DNA of 64,000 nt from Candidatus Marinacidobacterales bacterium (GCA_965226495.1 OZ245365.1:6080001-6144000), one strand, 5' to 3'. Numbered from the stretch's first letter, positions 9,045-20,795 are shown. Notes: a model not told the origin generated them from the sequence alone. Made by a program: numbers and translations.

Positions 9045-10127
9045 ATGGTGGAGCGGCGATGGCTCACCGGGCTCGGCGCCATCGCCCTGCTCTGGACCGG
9101 CTGCACCTCACCCGAGGATCCACTGCGGCCGGGCCGTCCGCCGGGCGGCTCATTCGTTCTCGACCGTGCGGGCGTGGTCCATACCGAGTCTTTCGAACGA
9201 ATGAACCAGACTCTCGAGGCGCTTCTTCGGGAGACCGATATCGAGATCCTCGCGGTGTCGATGCCTTCGCTCGGAGGGCATCCGATCGGAAGCTTCACCG
9301 AGGAGCTCTTCGAGCGTTGGGAAGTCGGTGAGCGAACACGGGCGAACCGCGGTGTGCTCCTCGTGGTGGCTGCGGAGGAGGAGCGAGTACGGCTCGCGGT
9401 GAGCTATGACCTGGAGGATATTTTTACCGATACCTTTATCTCGGTCATCGAGCACGAGCAACTCGTGCCCTACTTCGAAAGCAACATGATCGGAGAAGGT
9501 GTCGAGGCGACGATGGAGCTTCTCGCCAGGCGCGCTTACGAAAAGATCCGTGGGCAGGCCTATGATCCTCTCGAGGCCCGGTCAGACGTAGGCCGTTATC
9601 GTGCCGGCGGCGCGGGTGTGGAAACAGAAGTCGATCTCGACAATTCCGAAGGGGGCTCACCTGCGGCAGCCGAACCGGTGGACGCCGCACTTGAAGACTA
9701 CTTCGGGCCGCAGCCGACGCCCGGCGAGGCGTGGGCGCGCTTTGTCGAAGTCAATCGCCGTCTCATTAAGGATACTTCTCTTGGACTCTACGACGAGGCC
9801 ACGCAGGTCCATTTGCAGAGGCGTCCCAACACGGATGCCGGCCAAAAGCATCTGGCCAACCTGTACGATGGCCACTCGCCTACGATCCGAGAGCAAGGGG
9901 ATCGTGCGGTGATCCTTTTTCTTGACGATCCTGATCGCCTTCGGGCTCCGTGGTTCTTCCATCGCGGTGTCGATGGCTGGCAGTTGGACGGTTCGGTTCT
10001 CCCCAACGTTATCGTCTACAACCACCGGAATCAGTGGCGCTTCAAGAGCCTTGACCACGCCTACATGTTTGCCTTCGACGACTACGTCTTTGATCCGCAC
10101 GGTTTTGCGACGCCACCAGGTAGGTAA
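9045..10127 (+). CDS. TPM-domain putative lipoprotein
   Basis: Lipobox-like WTGC; VLDRAGV, LFERWEVG..NRGVLLVVA, SYDLE. Confidence 0.8.
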   Translation: MVERRWLTGLGAIALLWTGCTSPEDPLRPGRPPGGSFVLDRAGVVHTESFERMNQTLEALLRETDIEILAVSMPSLGGHPIGSFTEELFERWEVGERTRANRGVLLVVAAEEERVRLAVSYDLEDIFTDTFISVIEHEQLVPYFESNMIGEGVEATMELLARRAYEKIRGQAYDPLEARSDVGRYRAGGAGVETEVDLDNSEGGSPAAAEPVDAALEDYFGPQPTPGEAWARFVEVNRRLIKDTSLGLYDEATQVHLQRRPNTDAGQKHLANLYDGHSPTIREQGDRAVILFLDDPDRLRAPWFFHRGVDGWQLDGSVLPNVIVYNHRNQWRFKSLDHAYMFAFDDYVFDPHGFATPPGR

Positions 10128-10182
10128 ACCCCTGCTCCGCGGCTCGACCAAATGGTACCATCCCTCCTAGAAGAGGAGCATC

Positions 10183-11156
10183 ATGATTGTCGACTGCGCC
10201 GTTTACAAGCAGGGGCGACGTCTGCCGGGGGGGTTCACACCGGAGGCGGCCCTCCGCGTGAGTCGGGACGAAGACGCTTTCGTTTGGATTGGGCTTCACG
10301 AGCCGACTCCCGAGGAGTTCGAAGTGGTGAGGCGCGAGTTCGATCTTCACGAGCTCGCGGTCGAAGACGCCATCAAGGCGCATCAGCGACCCAAGCTCGA
10401 AACCTACGACGACTCGGTGCTCCTCGTTTTGAAGCCGGCGCGCTACGTGGACACGGAGGAAGTGGTCGAGCTCGGCGAGATTCTGATCTTCCTCGGGCCC
10501 GGGTTCATCGTCGTCGTCCGACATGGGCAAACGACTGGGCTCCAGGAAGTGCGGCAGTCGATCGAGGCCCGGCCGGAGTTCCTTACCCTCGGTCCTAGCG
10601 CGGTCCTGCACGCCATCGTGGACCGGATCGTGGACGACTATTTTCCAGTAGTAAACGGTCTCGAGCTCGACATCGACCAGGTGGAAGAGGCTGTTTTTTT
10701 TCGGAGGAGCGGACCAATCCGGTTGAGCGTATCTACTACTTGAAGCGAGAGGTGCTCGAGTTCCGCCGTGCCACCGCTCCTCTTCTGAATCCGCTCAATC
10801 TTTTGGCGGTTCGTACGCTGCCTCAGGTGCATGACGATGTTCGGGAATACTTTCGGGACGTCTACGATCATTTGTTGCGGATCAACGAGCAGGTCGATGC
10901 CTACCGTGATCTGCTGACCAGCATCCTCGATGCCAACCTGACCCAAGTGAGCGTGCGGCAAAACGAGGACATGAGGCGGATTTCGGCTTGGGTGGCGATC
11001 GCGGTCGTACCGACGATGATTGCCGGGATCTACGGTATGAATTTCAAGAACATGCCGGAGCTCGAGACTCCGTTTGGCTATCCTGCGGTTTTGGGGTTTA
11101 TGGCCGCCGCGTGCGGGGCGCTCTACTTCTTTTTCAGAAGGCGGGGTTGGTTTTGA
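10183..11156 (+). pseudogene. corA: CorA magnesium/cobalt transporter, frameshifted at a T8 tract (10694..10701)
   Basis: WIGLHEP, LAVEDA, QRPKLE in the first frame; AGIYGMNF in the second frame. Confidence 0.85.
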
Positions 11157-11163
11157 TTCGGAT

Positions 11164-12584
11164 TTACGAAGAGCCTTGGTGATCACGAGCCGGGAACGGA
11201 GGCTCGGTGGAGCGCCGGGTTCCAACCCAGTAAAGAACTGCCCCCACCAGCAAGAAGGCTAGAAACCCACCGATAACCTTCGCTTCGAAGAGCCACACGC
11301 CAGCAGTGTTCTCCGGTGGCACGAGTGCCATCGCCATCGCGATTACCGTCGTCACGAGGCCGGCCACTCCGGCGAGTGTCGCGGCCGTGCGGCTCTTGAG
11401 AAAGTCGGACTTCTCCGCGTCGCGTCTGCTCCGTATCACGGCGTACGCGGCGAAGAGATAAACGTACGGAAGGAAGTAAACGAGGAGAGTAGTGTCGAGA
11501 AGAATGAGATACGCCTCTTGGACGGTGGTCCCCGCGAAGCTGATGACGACGAACAAGGCGGCGATGATGGCCTGGACGATGACAGCGACGTAAGGGGAGC
11601 CGTACTTGGGATGAACCCGACCCAAAGATGCCGGTAGGAAGCGGTCGATACCGGCGACGAACGGCATGCGGGCGGCGCCGGTAAACCATGCCATGAGGCC
11701 GCCGATCCCACCCAATGTGATGAGTAGCGCCAGCAGATTGGTCGTCCAGCTGACTCCCAACTTGTCCGCAACGGCCGCGATCCCTTGGAGGAATCCGGTA
11801 ATGATGTTGATGTCGGCACGGGGCAGCGCGACTAAGAGCGCGAAGGTTCCGAGAACATAAATTCCTGCAATCACGACGCGGAGATGACGGTCGCTCGGGG
11901 AATCGTTCGTTCGGGATCTTTCACTTCGCCGGCGAGCACCGCCGCCAGCTCGAGGCCGGCGAATCCGAAACAGATCGCTGCGAAGAACGACAGCTTGCCG
12001 AACGTCAGGATGTCGGCGAAGAAACTTTCCGCCGGCATCGGGTTCGCGGAACCGTAGCGGACCAGGGCAATAGCGCCGAAGAGGAGGAGAGCGCCCCCCG
12101 TCACCCAGGTGCCGATGCCACCCACATTGTGCACCCATCGACCCGATTGAAGACCGAAGACGTTGGCCAGGGTCACGATTAGGATGGCGAGCAAGGAGAA
12201 CGCCATAACATATGGCTTGCTCTCGCCAAGTTCCTGGTAACCGCTTCCGGCGATGAACACCGAGATGCCGGCCAGGTAAACGAGCAGGTTCGGGAAGTAG
12301 ACCAGATTATTGGTCCAGTAGCACCAGCCGGCCATGAAGCCATGAAAGTCTCCAAAGACGCTCCTGGTCCACGAGTACACCCCTCCCTCTTCAGGCATCC
12401 GCCTCGTGAGCTCCATGACCGCGACTGCCTGAGGTAGGAAGAAGAATGCGAGGGCCGCGACCCATAGGGTCATCGAAGTGTTGCCGCCGGCCGCCGCCAC
12501 GGAGATCCATCGGAAGCCCACGATGGCGGCGACGTTGAACAGGACGACGTCCCGTACGTCGAGGGTTTTTCGGAGCTCTGTCAT
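11164..12584 (-). pseudogene. APC-family amino acid permease/antiporter, frameshifted near 11875
   Basis: EEGGVYSW, FAGLELAAVLAGEVKDPERTIPRA, then continues in another frame VVIAGIYVLG...RVHPKYGSP. Confidence 0.85.
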
Positions 12585-12741
12585 CCGGGATGGGATCACA
12601 GAGAAGAAACCGCGTGGGATGGGAGGCGACTGGTCTTGACGCTATGGGATGCGATAGCCACGTTCTCTCTGGCAAACATAGCACAGCTTGTCGCGCCTGG
12701 GATCCCCGTCAGGAAGGTGGTTTCGTATAATTGAACGTAGG

Positions 12742-13350
12742 ATGGCGGAAGAGCTTCCAGAGCGCATCGTCCGGTTCTTGAATCGCGGGCAATACCGTGC
12801 CGCGTTGCGTACAGCGGAAGAAGCCGTGCGCCGTGCGCCGGACAGGGCAGAGTGCCACTATGCGCTCGGCCAGGTGCTCACTCAGCTAGGCACGATCCCC
12901 GAGGCCGATCGCTCCTTCGCTTGTGCCGCAGAGCTCCAGCCGGCGAACTACTTCCTTCCATACCGTATGGAACGTTCAGAGTTCGAGGCGTTGGTGGAAG
13001 AAGTCTTGGCATCCCTTCCGACCGAGTTCGCATGCCATCTAGAGAATGTGGAGGTTGCGGTGGATGGAGCACCGGGTCGAGACCTTCTTCGAGAGGGAGG
13101 CATCGAGCACGACCTCCTCGGCTTGTATCAGGGTGAGATGATTCAGAATGATGAGTGGGGGCTTCCAGACCGCATCATCCTTTTTCAGAGAAACTTGGAG
13201 AACATCTCGCCGGATCGTGGGACGCTGGTCAGAGAAATCCAGGACACGGTGTTGCACGAGGTGGGCCACCACCTCGGGATGGAGGAGGACCAACTCGAGG
13301 AAATCGAAAACGACCCCGATGATCCCGATGAAGGGGAGTCAAACTTCTAA
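12742..13350 (+). CDS. TPR + minimal zincin-like metallopeptidase family protein
   Basis: TPR-like N-terminus; LLGLYQG, PDRIILFQRN, TVLHEVGHHLG. Confidence 0.85.
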   Translation: MAEELPERIVRFLNRGQYRAALRTAEEAVRRAPDRAECHYALGQVLTQLGTIPEADRSFACAAELQPANYFLPYRMERSEFEALVEEVLASLPTEFACHLENVEVAVDGAPGRDLLREGGIEHDLLGLYQGEMIQNDEWGLPDRIILFQRNLENISPDRGTLVREIQDTVLHEVGHHLGMEEDQLEEIENDPDDPDEGESNF

Positions 13351-13351
13351 G

Positions 13352-13543
13352 CTATTCACCTCCCCATTGCTTCCAGGCGAGTGCGCCAACCATATAGACC
13401 CAGTACAGGATGATGGCTAGGGCGGTGGCGCGCACTATCTCCTTCAACTTTCCGCGGAGGTGGGCCTTGCGGCTCGCAGGCATCAGCCAGTAGACGAGGG
13501 CCGCGACTACAACCAGGATCAGGATGACGCGAATCCGGAACAT
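13352..13543 (-). CDS. Small two-TM membrane protein
   Basis: Two hydrophobic segments separated by a basic loop; follows add on the same strand. Confidence 0.65.
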   Translation of the reverse strand: MFRIRVILILVVVAALVYWLMPASRKAHLRGKLKEIVRATALAIILYWVYMVGALAWKQWGGE

Positions 13544-13558
13544 CGGAGAGGACGGAAA

Positions 13559-14572
13559 CTAGTGCTGGGTCAGAAAGGCATCGACTTCTTTGTGGAGCTC
13601 GTCCCTGCGGTTGGCATCGACGAACGCGGCGTCGATGGAGTTCCTCACCAAGCGCTCGATTTCGTCGCGTCCAAGGCTGAGCGCTTCTGCGACGGCGAGG
13701 AAATTGTCACCGATGTAGCCGCCGAAGTAAGACGGGTCGTCGGAGTTCACCGTGGCCCGGAGGCCAAGATCCAACAAATCCTTGAGGTTGTGATCCTCTA
13801 GCTTGTCGAAGACGCGGAGCTTCACGTTCGAGAGTGGACAGACAGTGAGGGGTATCTGATCCGCGCGCAGGCGCTCGACGAGCTCATCGTCTTCTACGGC
13901 ACGCACACCGTGATCGATCCGCTCGGCCCCCAAATTGTCGAGGGCCTGCCACACGTACTCCGATGGGCCTTCTTCCCCCGCATGGGCGACGACGCGAAAC
14001 CCTTCGACCCGCGCCCGGTTGAAGACGTCGGCGAATTTTACCGGGGGATTACCGACTTCGGCAGAGTCGAGACCCACGCCGATGATCTGGTCTTTGAAGT
14101 CGAGCGCTTGTTCGAGCGTCTCCATCGCCTCCTCGGCACTTAGATCGCGGAGGAAGCACATGATGAGCCCGCTCGAGATGCCGAACTGCGTTTTCGCATC
14201 GGCCAGGGCGCGCTGAATTCCGGTCACGATGGTTTCGAACGAAACGCCCTCGATCGTATGCGTTTGGGGGTCGAAGAAGATCTCTGTATGGCGGACATTC
14301 TGTTCGTGAACTCGTTCGAGGTATGCCCATGTGAGCTCGAAGAAGTCCCGTTCCTCGCGAAGCACCCGAGCGCCTTGGTAGTAGATGTCGAGAAAGGACT
14401 GAAGGTCGCTGAAATCGTATGCACCGCGCACCTCTTCGACCGATTTGTAGGGGAGCGGAATGTGGTTTCGTTGCTCGAGCTCGAACATGTGCTCCGGTTC
14501 GAGCGTACCTTCGATGTGGAGATGGAGCTCGACCTTGGGGATTTCGCGGATGAGGGAGACGAGCTCTTTCAT
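13559..14572 (-). CDS. add: Adenosine/adenine deaminase
   Basis: [32 protein letters not shown]. Confidence 0.92.
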   Translation of the reverse strand: MKELVSLIREIPKVELHLHIEGTLEPEHMFELEQRNHIPLPYKSVEEVRGAYDFSDLQSFLDIYYQGARVLREERDFFELTWAYLERVHEQNVRHTEIFFDPQTHTIEGVSFETIVTGIQRALADAKTQFGISSGLIMCFLRDLSAEEAMETLEQALDFKDQIIGVGLDSAEVGNPPVKFADVFNRARVEGFRVVAHAGEEGPSEYVWQALDNLGAERIDHGVRAVEDDELVERLRADQIPLTVCPLSNVKLRVFDKLEDHNLKDLLDLGLRATVNSDDPSYFGGYIGDNFLAVAEALSLGRDEIERLVRNSIDAAFVDANRRDELHKEVDAFLTQH

Positions 14573-14577
14573 TCGGC

Positions 14578-16086
14578 TCAAATACTCGGTGGTTGAAACC
14601 CGCCCAAGGCAGTCTCCAGATATTTTGCCACGGCGAGAGTGACATCCTCGCGTCCCGGGCGGCCGACGACCTGGACACCGATCGGCAGCCCTGCCGGGGA
14701 AGTGCCTCCGCGCACGACGGTGGCCGGCCATCCAGTCAGGTTGTAGATGAAGGTGTAGCTAAAACCGAGGAAAGACTCATCGGTGGTCATGGATCCGTGA
14801 ATGACCGCGACATCTGAATTGACCGGACATACGACGACATCGTAGTCTCCGAGAAAGGTAGTCAAGCGACTCCGAAAATCCCACCAACGCGTGACCAAGG
14901 CGTCGAGCTCCGCGGCCGGCAGGGGTGGAGTGCCCATGATGTCTTGCAGCGAATGTTCGGTCGTTCCATACATGTTGAGAAGCCTTCGGAAGGCCGCGCC
15001 GCCGTCCGCGAAGTAAAGGGCGAGGAAATCGTAACCCTGCTCGAGGGCAGGAGGACGGATCTCATCGACGGAGATTTGGCCGTCTGCGAGAGCCTTGGCC
15101 GCCGCGCGGACGACCTCGATGATCTCTGGGATGGGCGTAGCAATCCCGTTGTCGGTGTGGAAGGAGACCCGGAGTTTCTTGAGGTCGACATCCTTGGGAT
15201 CGCCGAAAGGCATCTCGATGATGCCTGGATCGATCCAGTCGGGCCCCGCGATGATGGGAAGAATCAACGACAGGTCATCGACGTAGCGGGCAAGGGGGCC
15301 GATCTGCTGAAGCGAGTCGAGCATTCCGCCAAAGGGATATATGTGTCCGGTACGGGGAACACGGCCGGCGCTCGGTTTAATGCCGGCGATGCCGTTCCAG
15401 TTGGCGGGAAGGCGAATGCTTCCGCCGTAGTCGCTTCCGATGTCGAAGGGCGAGCCCCCCGCGGCTACGATGGCGGCGGCACCACCGCTGCTTCCTCCAC
15501 TGGTCCTTTTGATGTCGTAGGGATTACTGGTGCGCCCATAGATGAGATTGTTGGTCTCGAAGGAAAGCGTCAACTCGGGCGTATTGGTTTTTCCGAGCAA
15601 GATCGCACCCGCTTCGCGTAGTCGCGCCACGACGGTCGCATCCTTTTTCGGGACGAACGCCGCGCGTCCCTTCGTGCCGCCAGTCGAGATGACACCCTCG
15701 GTATCGAAAGAATCCTTGATGGTCATCGGAACGCCATGTAGGGGACCCTTGAGCTCTCCTTTGGCCAGGGCGGCGTCCGCTTCACGAGCTTCCTTGAGCG
15801 CTCGGTCGGCCACCAGCTGCACGACGGCGTTGAGCTTGGGGTTCACTTCTTCGATGCGATCGAGATGGGCCTTCACGACTTCTTCCGATGAAACCCGTTT
15901 CGTTCGGATGGCGTCGGCGAGCGCTTCCGTGGACGAGTACGTGAGTGGGTGCGCAAGTTGCTTTGGCACCGCCGTGCCGGCCGGCGCCGGTGTGGAACAG
16001 CCGGCGAGACTCGAATAGGCAACGCCGCCGCCGAGAAGCGCCATCATCTCTCTTCGAGAGAGCCCGGTACTCGATTCCGTCATCAC
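14578..16086 (-). CDS. Amidase-signature family enzyme, putative Tat lipoprotein
   Basis: SRREMM..LAGC; [36 protein letters not shown]. Confidence 0.92.
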   Translation of the reverse strand: MMTESSTGLSRREMMALLGGGVAYSSLAGCSTPAPAGTAVPKQLAHPLTYSSTEALADAIRTKRVSSEEVVKAHLDRIEEVNPKLNAVVQLVADRALKEAREADAALAKGELKGPLHGVPMTIKDSFDTEGVISTGGTKGRAAFVPKKDATVVARLREAGAILLGKTNTPELTLSFETNNLIYGRTSNPYDIKRTSGGSSGGAAAIVAAGGSPFDIGSDYGGSIRLPANWNGIAGIKPSAGRVPRTGHIYPFGGMLDSLQQIGPLARYVDDLSLILPIIAGPDWIDPGIIEMPFGDPKDVDLKKLRVSFHTDNGIATPIPEIIEVVRAAAKALADGQISVDEIRPPALEQGYDFLALYFADGGAAFRRLLNMYGTTEHSLQDIMGTPPLPAAELDALVTRWWDFRSRLTTFLGDYDVVVCPVNSDVAVIHGSMTTDESFLGFSYTFIYNLTGWPATVVRGGTSPAGLPIGVQVVGRPGREDVTLAVAKYLETALGGFQPPSI

Positions 16087-16163
16087 TTACCTCCGCGCGG
16101 TGAGGATAGTAGCGAGGTGTATGGAAAGCAACTCCGCTATACTCGTCGCCTAGGGAGGATCCG

Positions 16164-17600
16164 ATGAAGAAGTTAGGATTTTTGATAGCGGTTGGCGCTT
16201 TGGCCTTTGTGCCAGCGACGTTTCATGCCGCGCCCACCGTGTATCCCACCGGTACCACCATCTATAAACCAGATAAAGCGTGGAGTGGCTACACCATCTA
16301 CCAAACGGAGGCGTCGCCGGGAGCGGTCCTGATCGACATGAACGGCAACATCGTCCGCAACTGGGAGCACATCGTAGGCTTTCCGGTCACGATGCTCCCG
16401 GGTGGGTACATCATGGGCGGGACCGTCGATCGAGTTACGGGAAGGTACGTCCATCACCTCGGCTCGGACGATGTAATTCAGGAAGACTGGGACGGTAACG
16501 TCGTCTGGAGGTTCGGCCAGGCGGACGAGATCGAAGTCGAGGGCAAGACGTCGTGGTCGGCCAGGCAGAATCACGATTTCGTTAGAGAAGGAGCCCCGGT
16601 CGGCTATTACGTGCCAGGGATGACACCGCTCGTGGATCGAGGGAAGACGCTAATACTCAGCCAGAAAAGCGGCCGCTGGCCAGAGGTTACTCAGGACTAC
16701 TTGCCCCGGGCGGCCCGTATCATCGAAGTTACCTGGGAAGGCGAGATCCTCTGGGACTGGATGCCGGCGGAGCACTTCGAGGAGTTTGGGCATAGCGAGG
16801 CGGCTAAGAATACGATCATGCGCGGCTGCCAGAATCAGCATTGTGTATTCTTGAACGCCGCGGCTTACGTCGGCCCGAACAAATGGTACGACGCGGGGGA
16901 CGAGCGGTTTCATCCCGACAACATTATTACTGACGACCGCGGCACGATCCTCTTCATCATCTCGAAGGAGACCGGCAAGATCGTTTGGAAAGTCGGCCCA
17001 GAATACACGTCGACCCCGGAGCTTCGAGCCTTGGGATCGATCATCGGTCCTCATAACACGCACATGATCCCGAGGGGGCTTCCCGGTGCGGGTAACATTC
17101 TGGTCTTCGACAATGGCGGCGCCGCGGGGTTCGGTCCTCCCAACCCGGGATCCCCGACCGGTGAGTGGAACGCTCTCCGGGACCATTCCCGAGTACTCGA
17201 GATCAATCCGACGACGCTCGAGATCGTTTGGCAATACACCGCCCGGACAACGGGATTCGTCCCCGTGGCCGAGGACTCCAAGTTCTTCAGTCACTACGCC
17301 AGCGGGGCGCAGCGCCTTCCCAATGGGAACACGTTGATCGTGGAAACGAGTTACGGTCGAATTTTCGAGGTCACGCCGCAAAGCGAGATCGTCTGGGAGT
17401 TTTTGAGTCCGTTCAACCACAACGAGAAGGCTCCGGCCTGGGAGCCGGAGCGGCCGGAAGGAAAGCTCAGCACGAAAGCGTTCTCGAATTACATCTATCG
17501 TGCCTACCGACTTCCATATGATTGGGTGCCGCAGCTAGAGCGGCCGGTGGAAGAGGCGGTCATCCCGCCCGCAAACGGAGAGTTCCGGGTGAGTCCGTAG
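16164..17600 (+). CDS. Aryl-sulfate sulfotransferase (ASST) family protein
   Basis: Signal peptide; PTVYPTGTTIY, QNHD, GPNKWYDAGDERFHPDN, FDNGG, AQRLPNGNTLI, YRAYR. Confidence 0.85.
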   Translation: MKKLGFLIAVGALAFVPATFHAAPTVYPTGTTIYKPDKAWSGYTIYQTEASPGAVLIDMNGNIVRNWEHIVGFPVTMLPGGYIMGGTVDRVTGRYVHHLGSDDVIQEDWDGNVVWRFGQADEIEVEGKTSWSARQNHDFVREGAPVGYYVPGMTPLVDRGKTLILSQKSGRWPEVTQDYLPRAARIIEVTWEGEILWDWMPAEHFEEFGHSEAAKNTIMRGCQNQHCVFLNAAAYVGPNKWYDAGDERFHPDNIITDDRGTILFIISKETGKIVWKVGPEYTSTPELRALGSIIGPHNTHMIPRGLPGAGNILVFDNGGAAGFGPPNPGSPTGEWNALRDHSRVLEINPTTLEIVWQYTARTTGFVPVAEDSKFFSHYASGAQRLPNGNTLIVETSYGRIFEVTPQSEIVWEFLSPFNHNEKAPAWEPERPEGKLSTKAFSNYIYRAYRLPYDWVPQLERPVEEAVIPPANGEFRVSP

Positions 17601-17611
17601 GAGGCGTAGAC

Positions 17612-18283
17612 CTACTTCTTTCTCTTCCTTCTTCTGGTTGGCGGTCTTTCCATTACATGCGGGTTGTTCAGAGGCTCGTGGGGAATGATGGAATTCTCGT
17701 CGGCGTCGAAAATGATGCGGGCGCCGTCGGGCAGCGGATAGGACGATCCGGCTTGCCCACTCGGAACGACGCGTGCCTCGTCGAGCTCTACGGTGATGTG
17801 ATATCCAAGAACCCAGTACTTCAAATCCTCTAGTGACTGTGCAAAAAACTCTTCGGCCAGGTTCTGGAGTACCGGGCCTGACTTTCCCGAAATGCCGCTC
17901 AGTTGGCGAAAGGCCTGCAGTTTGTCCTCCCGATTCTCGGCTTTTCGTGCTTCCAGGAAAAGCTCGAGAGCTCGCTCGGTTACCGGGGGGCCGCTTCCGC
18001 TGATCTCACCGCCTTCGAAGCTGATCGTCTTGGCCGCACTTTCGTAGCTGATAGGGATGATGTCGGAAAGCGGGCGGATGGGTAGCTCGTATTGGTCCTC
18101 AGGAGGGGAACCCTCAAAGGTGAGCTGGGGGGCGGCCGTGAGAAGTCGTCCGAGTGCAACCTCCGATTCGCCGTCCAGCTGAATTGAAACCGGCTTGGGC
18201 CGCCATAGGTGGATGTCGATCTTCGCGTCTTCGTTCCAGTGCTCGAGGAAAAGCCCCGCGTAGAAATCGAGTGTAATGGCCAT
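17612..18283 (-). CDS. Hypothetical protein with basic C-terminal tail
   Basis: 223-aa ORF with GGAGG upstream; no recognised motif. Confidence 0.6.
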   Translation of the reverse strand: MAITLDFYAGLFLEHWNEDAKIDIHLWRPKPVSIQLDGESEVALGRLLTAAPQLTFEGSPPEDQYELPIRPLSDIIPISYESAAKTISFEGGEISGSGPPVTERALELFLEARKAENREDKLQAFRQLSGISGKSGPVLQNLAEEFFAQSLEDLKYWVLGYHITVELDEARVVPSGQAGSSYPLPDGARIIFDADENSIIPHEPLNNPHVMERPPTRRRKRKK

Positions 18284-18596
18284 TGAACTTGGCCTCCCTC
18301 CATGGAGGCATATCGCTACGACGGGCCGGGTTGGGGAGCTTTTGGTGGCCTTAGAAGCAAAGGTCGTACCGACTGGTCAGACCTGCGAAGAGAGGGCCTA
18401 AGTAGCTCGGAGTCTGATGGTTGTGAAGACTCAACCGGGAACGAAGACGCGCGGCCCGGACTCGGGGTGTGGGTAAAGTCCAGCGGTCCTAGTTAACAGA
18501 ACGGATATATTTGGATTGACACGCGAGGCGAGACCATGGTTTTATCTGCCAGCCTTGCCTGAGGGGTCGGGGTTTCCCAAACAACAGGAGGTCAGA

Positions 18597-19013
18597 ATGA
18601 AACGGTTTATTGTGATTGGACTAGTGGCGGTCGTCGCCGGAGTTGCCCTGGTGTCTGCCAGCGGTGACGCGAAGGACGAACTCATCGGGCTCGACAAGAA
18701 GTGGGGCTCGGCGGCGATGAAGGCGGACAAGGCTACGCTCGAGGCCATCTATGCGGATGACGTGTTGGACGCGACCGCGGAGGGAGTTATCGGGAAGGCC
18801 GAGGCCGTCTCTGCTGCCGAAGTCGACGATGCGAACGCCACGTACGAGCCCACCGACTTCAAGGTGAACATGATTACCAAGGATGTGGCGGTGATGACCC
18901 ATAGCGTTGAGGGTTCCACCAGCCTCCACGTCTGGGCCAAACGGGACGGAAATTGGGTGGTGGTTGGAACGGCTGCCGTCCCCATGGCGGATAGCCCCAG
19001 CACCGATCGTTAG
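18597..19013 (+). CDS. Secreted NTF2-like / DUF4440 protein
   Basis: AGGAGG RBS, signal peptide, DKATLEAIYADD, HVWAKRDGNW. Confidence 0.8.
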   Translation: MKRFIVIGLVAVVAGVALVSASGDAKDELIGLDKKWGSAAMKADKATLEAIYADDVLDATAEGVIGKAEAVSAAEVDDANATYEPTDFKVNMITKDVAVMTHSVEGSTSLHVWAKRDGNWVVVGTAAVPMADSPSTDR

Positions 19014-19067
19014 CTTTTCTTCCGAGGCAGGGACCGCAAGTTGTCCCTGCCTCGACGTGTTTTTGAT

Positions 19068-19436
19068 TCAGAATTCGAGCTCGATGACGGCTCGCTGTTC
19101 GTATCGGCCGGAGAACCGCGACAAGAAAAGAGCCAAGCGCATTTGCCATCCGTACTTGTCGACCATGACACGGATGCCACGATCCCGCTCCTCGCTATCC
19201 TCGATGACGCGCGCTTTCGCATCTACCCATTCGCCCTTCACGTTGCCTCGCATATCTGAAGGGGCCACGCGAGCGCGGCCATTGTTGCGAATGCGTTTCA
19301 CTTTTCCCGAAGTAATACTCGTGTAGACGTAGGTCTTGCCATCCCCGGTAGCGATCCAGACTGGGGTCTTCACTTCCTGGCCGTTCTTGCGGAAGGTAGC
19401 CATGCTTACGTAACGCTCGCGGCCCGCGTCGATCAT
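19068..19436 (-). CDS. PPOX-class F420-dependent oxidoreductase family protein
   Basis: YVSMATFRKNG..VKTPVW, SGKVKRIRNN, KYGW. Confidence 0.85.
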   Translation of the reverse strand: MIDAGRERYVSMATFRKNGQEVKTPVWIATGDGKTYVYTSITSGKVKRIRNNGRARVAPSDMRGNVKGEWVDAKARVIEDSEERDRGIRVMVDKYGWQMRLALFLSRFSGRYEQRAVIELEF

Positions 19437-19960
19437 TGTCTGTTCCTTTCTGACTTCGCTCCGGCGTCGCCGCCTTCCATGCCCTGCTCGAACTCGTGGG
19501 GGTTCTCTCCCGTTCGCCAGCGCTTCACGAGGCGCTTTTCTCCTTCTGTTGCGAAGAACGCCGCGGTTTCGAGCTCGATCGAGAAAAGGCCAAAATCCAT
19601 CCCTTCCGGACTCCAACCGATCTTCTCGAAGAGGACTTCGCCGTAACGTTTCCGGATCTTGGGATCTTGGATATCGACAGCGCGACCGTGCGCCTTGAAC
19701 TCACCGTCGGTGGACATGCGGTCGGTGACGGTAGTGTGGATCGAGCAGCGTGGGTTGCGGCGTAGATCGAGGACCTTGAAAGAGAGCGGCATCATGCCGA
19801 GCTGGAGGTCGCTGTCTACGAAGACGAACTCGACCGGGCTGACGCGCGGCGAGCCGTCCTTGCGGAGGCTGCCCAGAATAAGAACCCCCGTCTTGTCGAG
19901 GAGTTCCTCTGCGGACTTTGCTATCTCCGGGGCCGCTTCTTTGAACTCTCCCCATTTCAT
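19433..19960 (-). CDS. Pyridoxamine 5'-phosphate oxidase family (split beta-barrel) protein
   Basis: MKWGEF; LGSLRKDGSPRVSPV, KVLDLRRNPRCSIH. Confidence 0.85.
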   Translation of the reverse strand: MKWGEFKEAAPEIAKSAEELLDKTGVLILGSLRKDGSPRVSPVEFVFVDSDLQLGMMPLSFKVLDLRRNPRCSIHTTVTDRMSTDGEFKAHGRAVDIQDPKIRKRYGEVLFEKIGWSPEGMDFGLFSIELETAAFFATEGEKRLVKRWRTGENPHEFEQGMEGGDAGAKSERNRQ

Positions 19961-19973
19961 TAGCTTGCTCCCG

Positions 19974-20795
19974 TTAGGACTTCTTGATTCCGCGGCCGAT
20001 GACGAACTCGCCCGGCACATCATATGTTTTGCCGGTGCGGAAGGATTCGATAGAGGCCAAGTATTCCGAGTGTGCGTCATTGCGTGTTGGCTCGTCGAAG
20101 CGTGAGTAAGCGAGCGCCACGGGGCCACCTTCGAATGCGGCTCCACAGGCTGCTTCGGGGGATTCATAGTGAAGAATCGTGCTGATGCGATCGACCGCGA
20201 CGTCCGTGAAACCGGCAGTCTCGAACTTCCGTTGTAGGGTGTCGTTCGTGCCCATGAGAAAAAAGAGAGGACAAACTTCGGACGTGACGCGGTGGTCCAC
20301 AATGGGAAAAACCTCCGCCCAACCGCACCGGTCTCTCTGGCCCCATATCGCCACGGCGGCTCGACCTCCTGTCTTTAGGACACGGTGCATCTCCTGGACG
20401 GCTTTCGCTGTGTCCGGAACGTACATCAATCCGAGTGCGTTCAGGGTGACATCGAACCCACCGTCTTCGTATGTGAGCTGCTCGGCGTCCATGCGCTCGA
20501 ACATGACGTTTCCGATGCCACGTTTCTTGGCTTCCACCGATGCCGTTTCGACCATCGTCTCGGAAATATCGGTGCCGATGATCTCCCCGTCAGGACCGAT
20601 AGCTTCGGCAGCGGGGAAGGTGACCATCCCTGTGCCGCAAGAGTTGTCGAGGACGCGTTCGCCGGGTTGTAGCATCGCCATCTCGAGAAGCTTGGATTGC
20701 GCAGGTTCGAGCTGCTTCTGCCAGAACTTCTCGTAGTGGCCGGCCGCTTTATCCCAACCGTAGCGTTGTACGCGACGCTGTAGATTTGGATCCAT
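19974..20795 (-). CDS. Class I SAM-dependent methyltransferase (UbiE-like)
   Basis: PGERVLDNSCGTG, DISETM, MDAE, EMHRVLKTGG. Confidence 0.9.
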   Translation of the reverse strand: MDPNLQRRVQRYGWDKAAGHYEKFWQKQLEPAQSKLLEMAMLQPGERVLDNSCGTGMVTFPAAEAIGPDGEIIGTDISETMVETASVEAKKRGIGNVMFERMDAEQLTYEDGGFDVTLNALGLMYVPDTAKAVQEMHRVLKTGGRAAVAIWGQRDRCGWAEVFPIVDHRVTSEVCPLFFLMGTNDTLQRKFETAGFTDVAVDRISTILHYESPEAACGAAFEGGPVALAYSRFDEPTRNDAHSEYLASIESFRTGKTYDVPGEFVIGRGIKKS

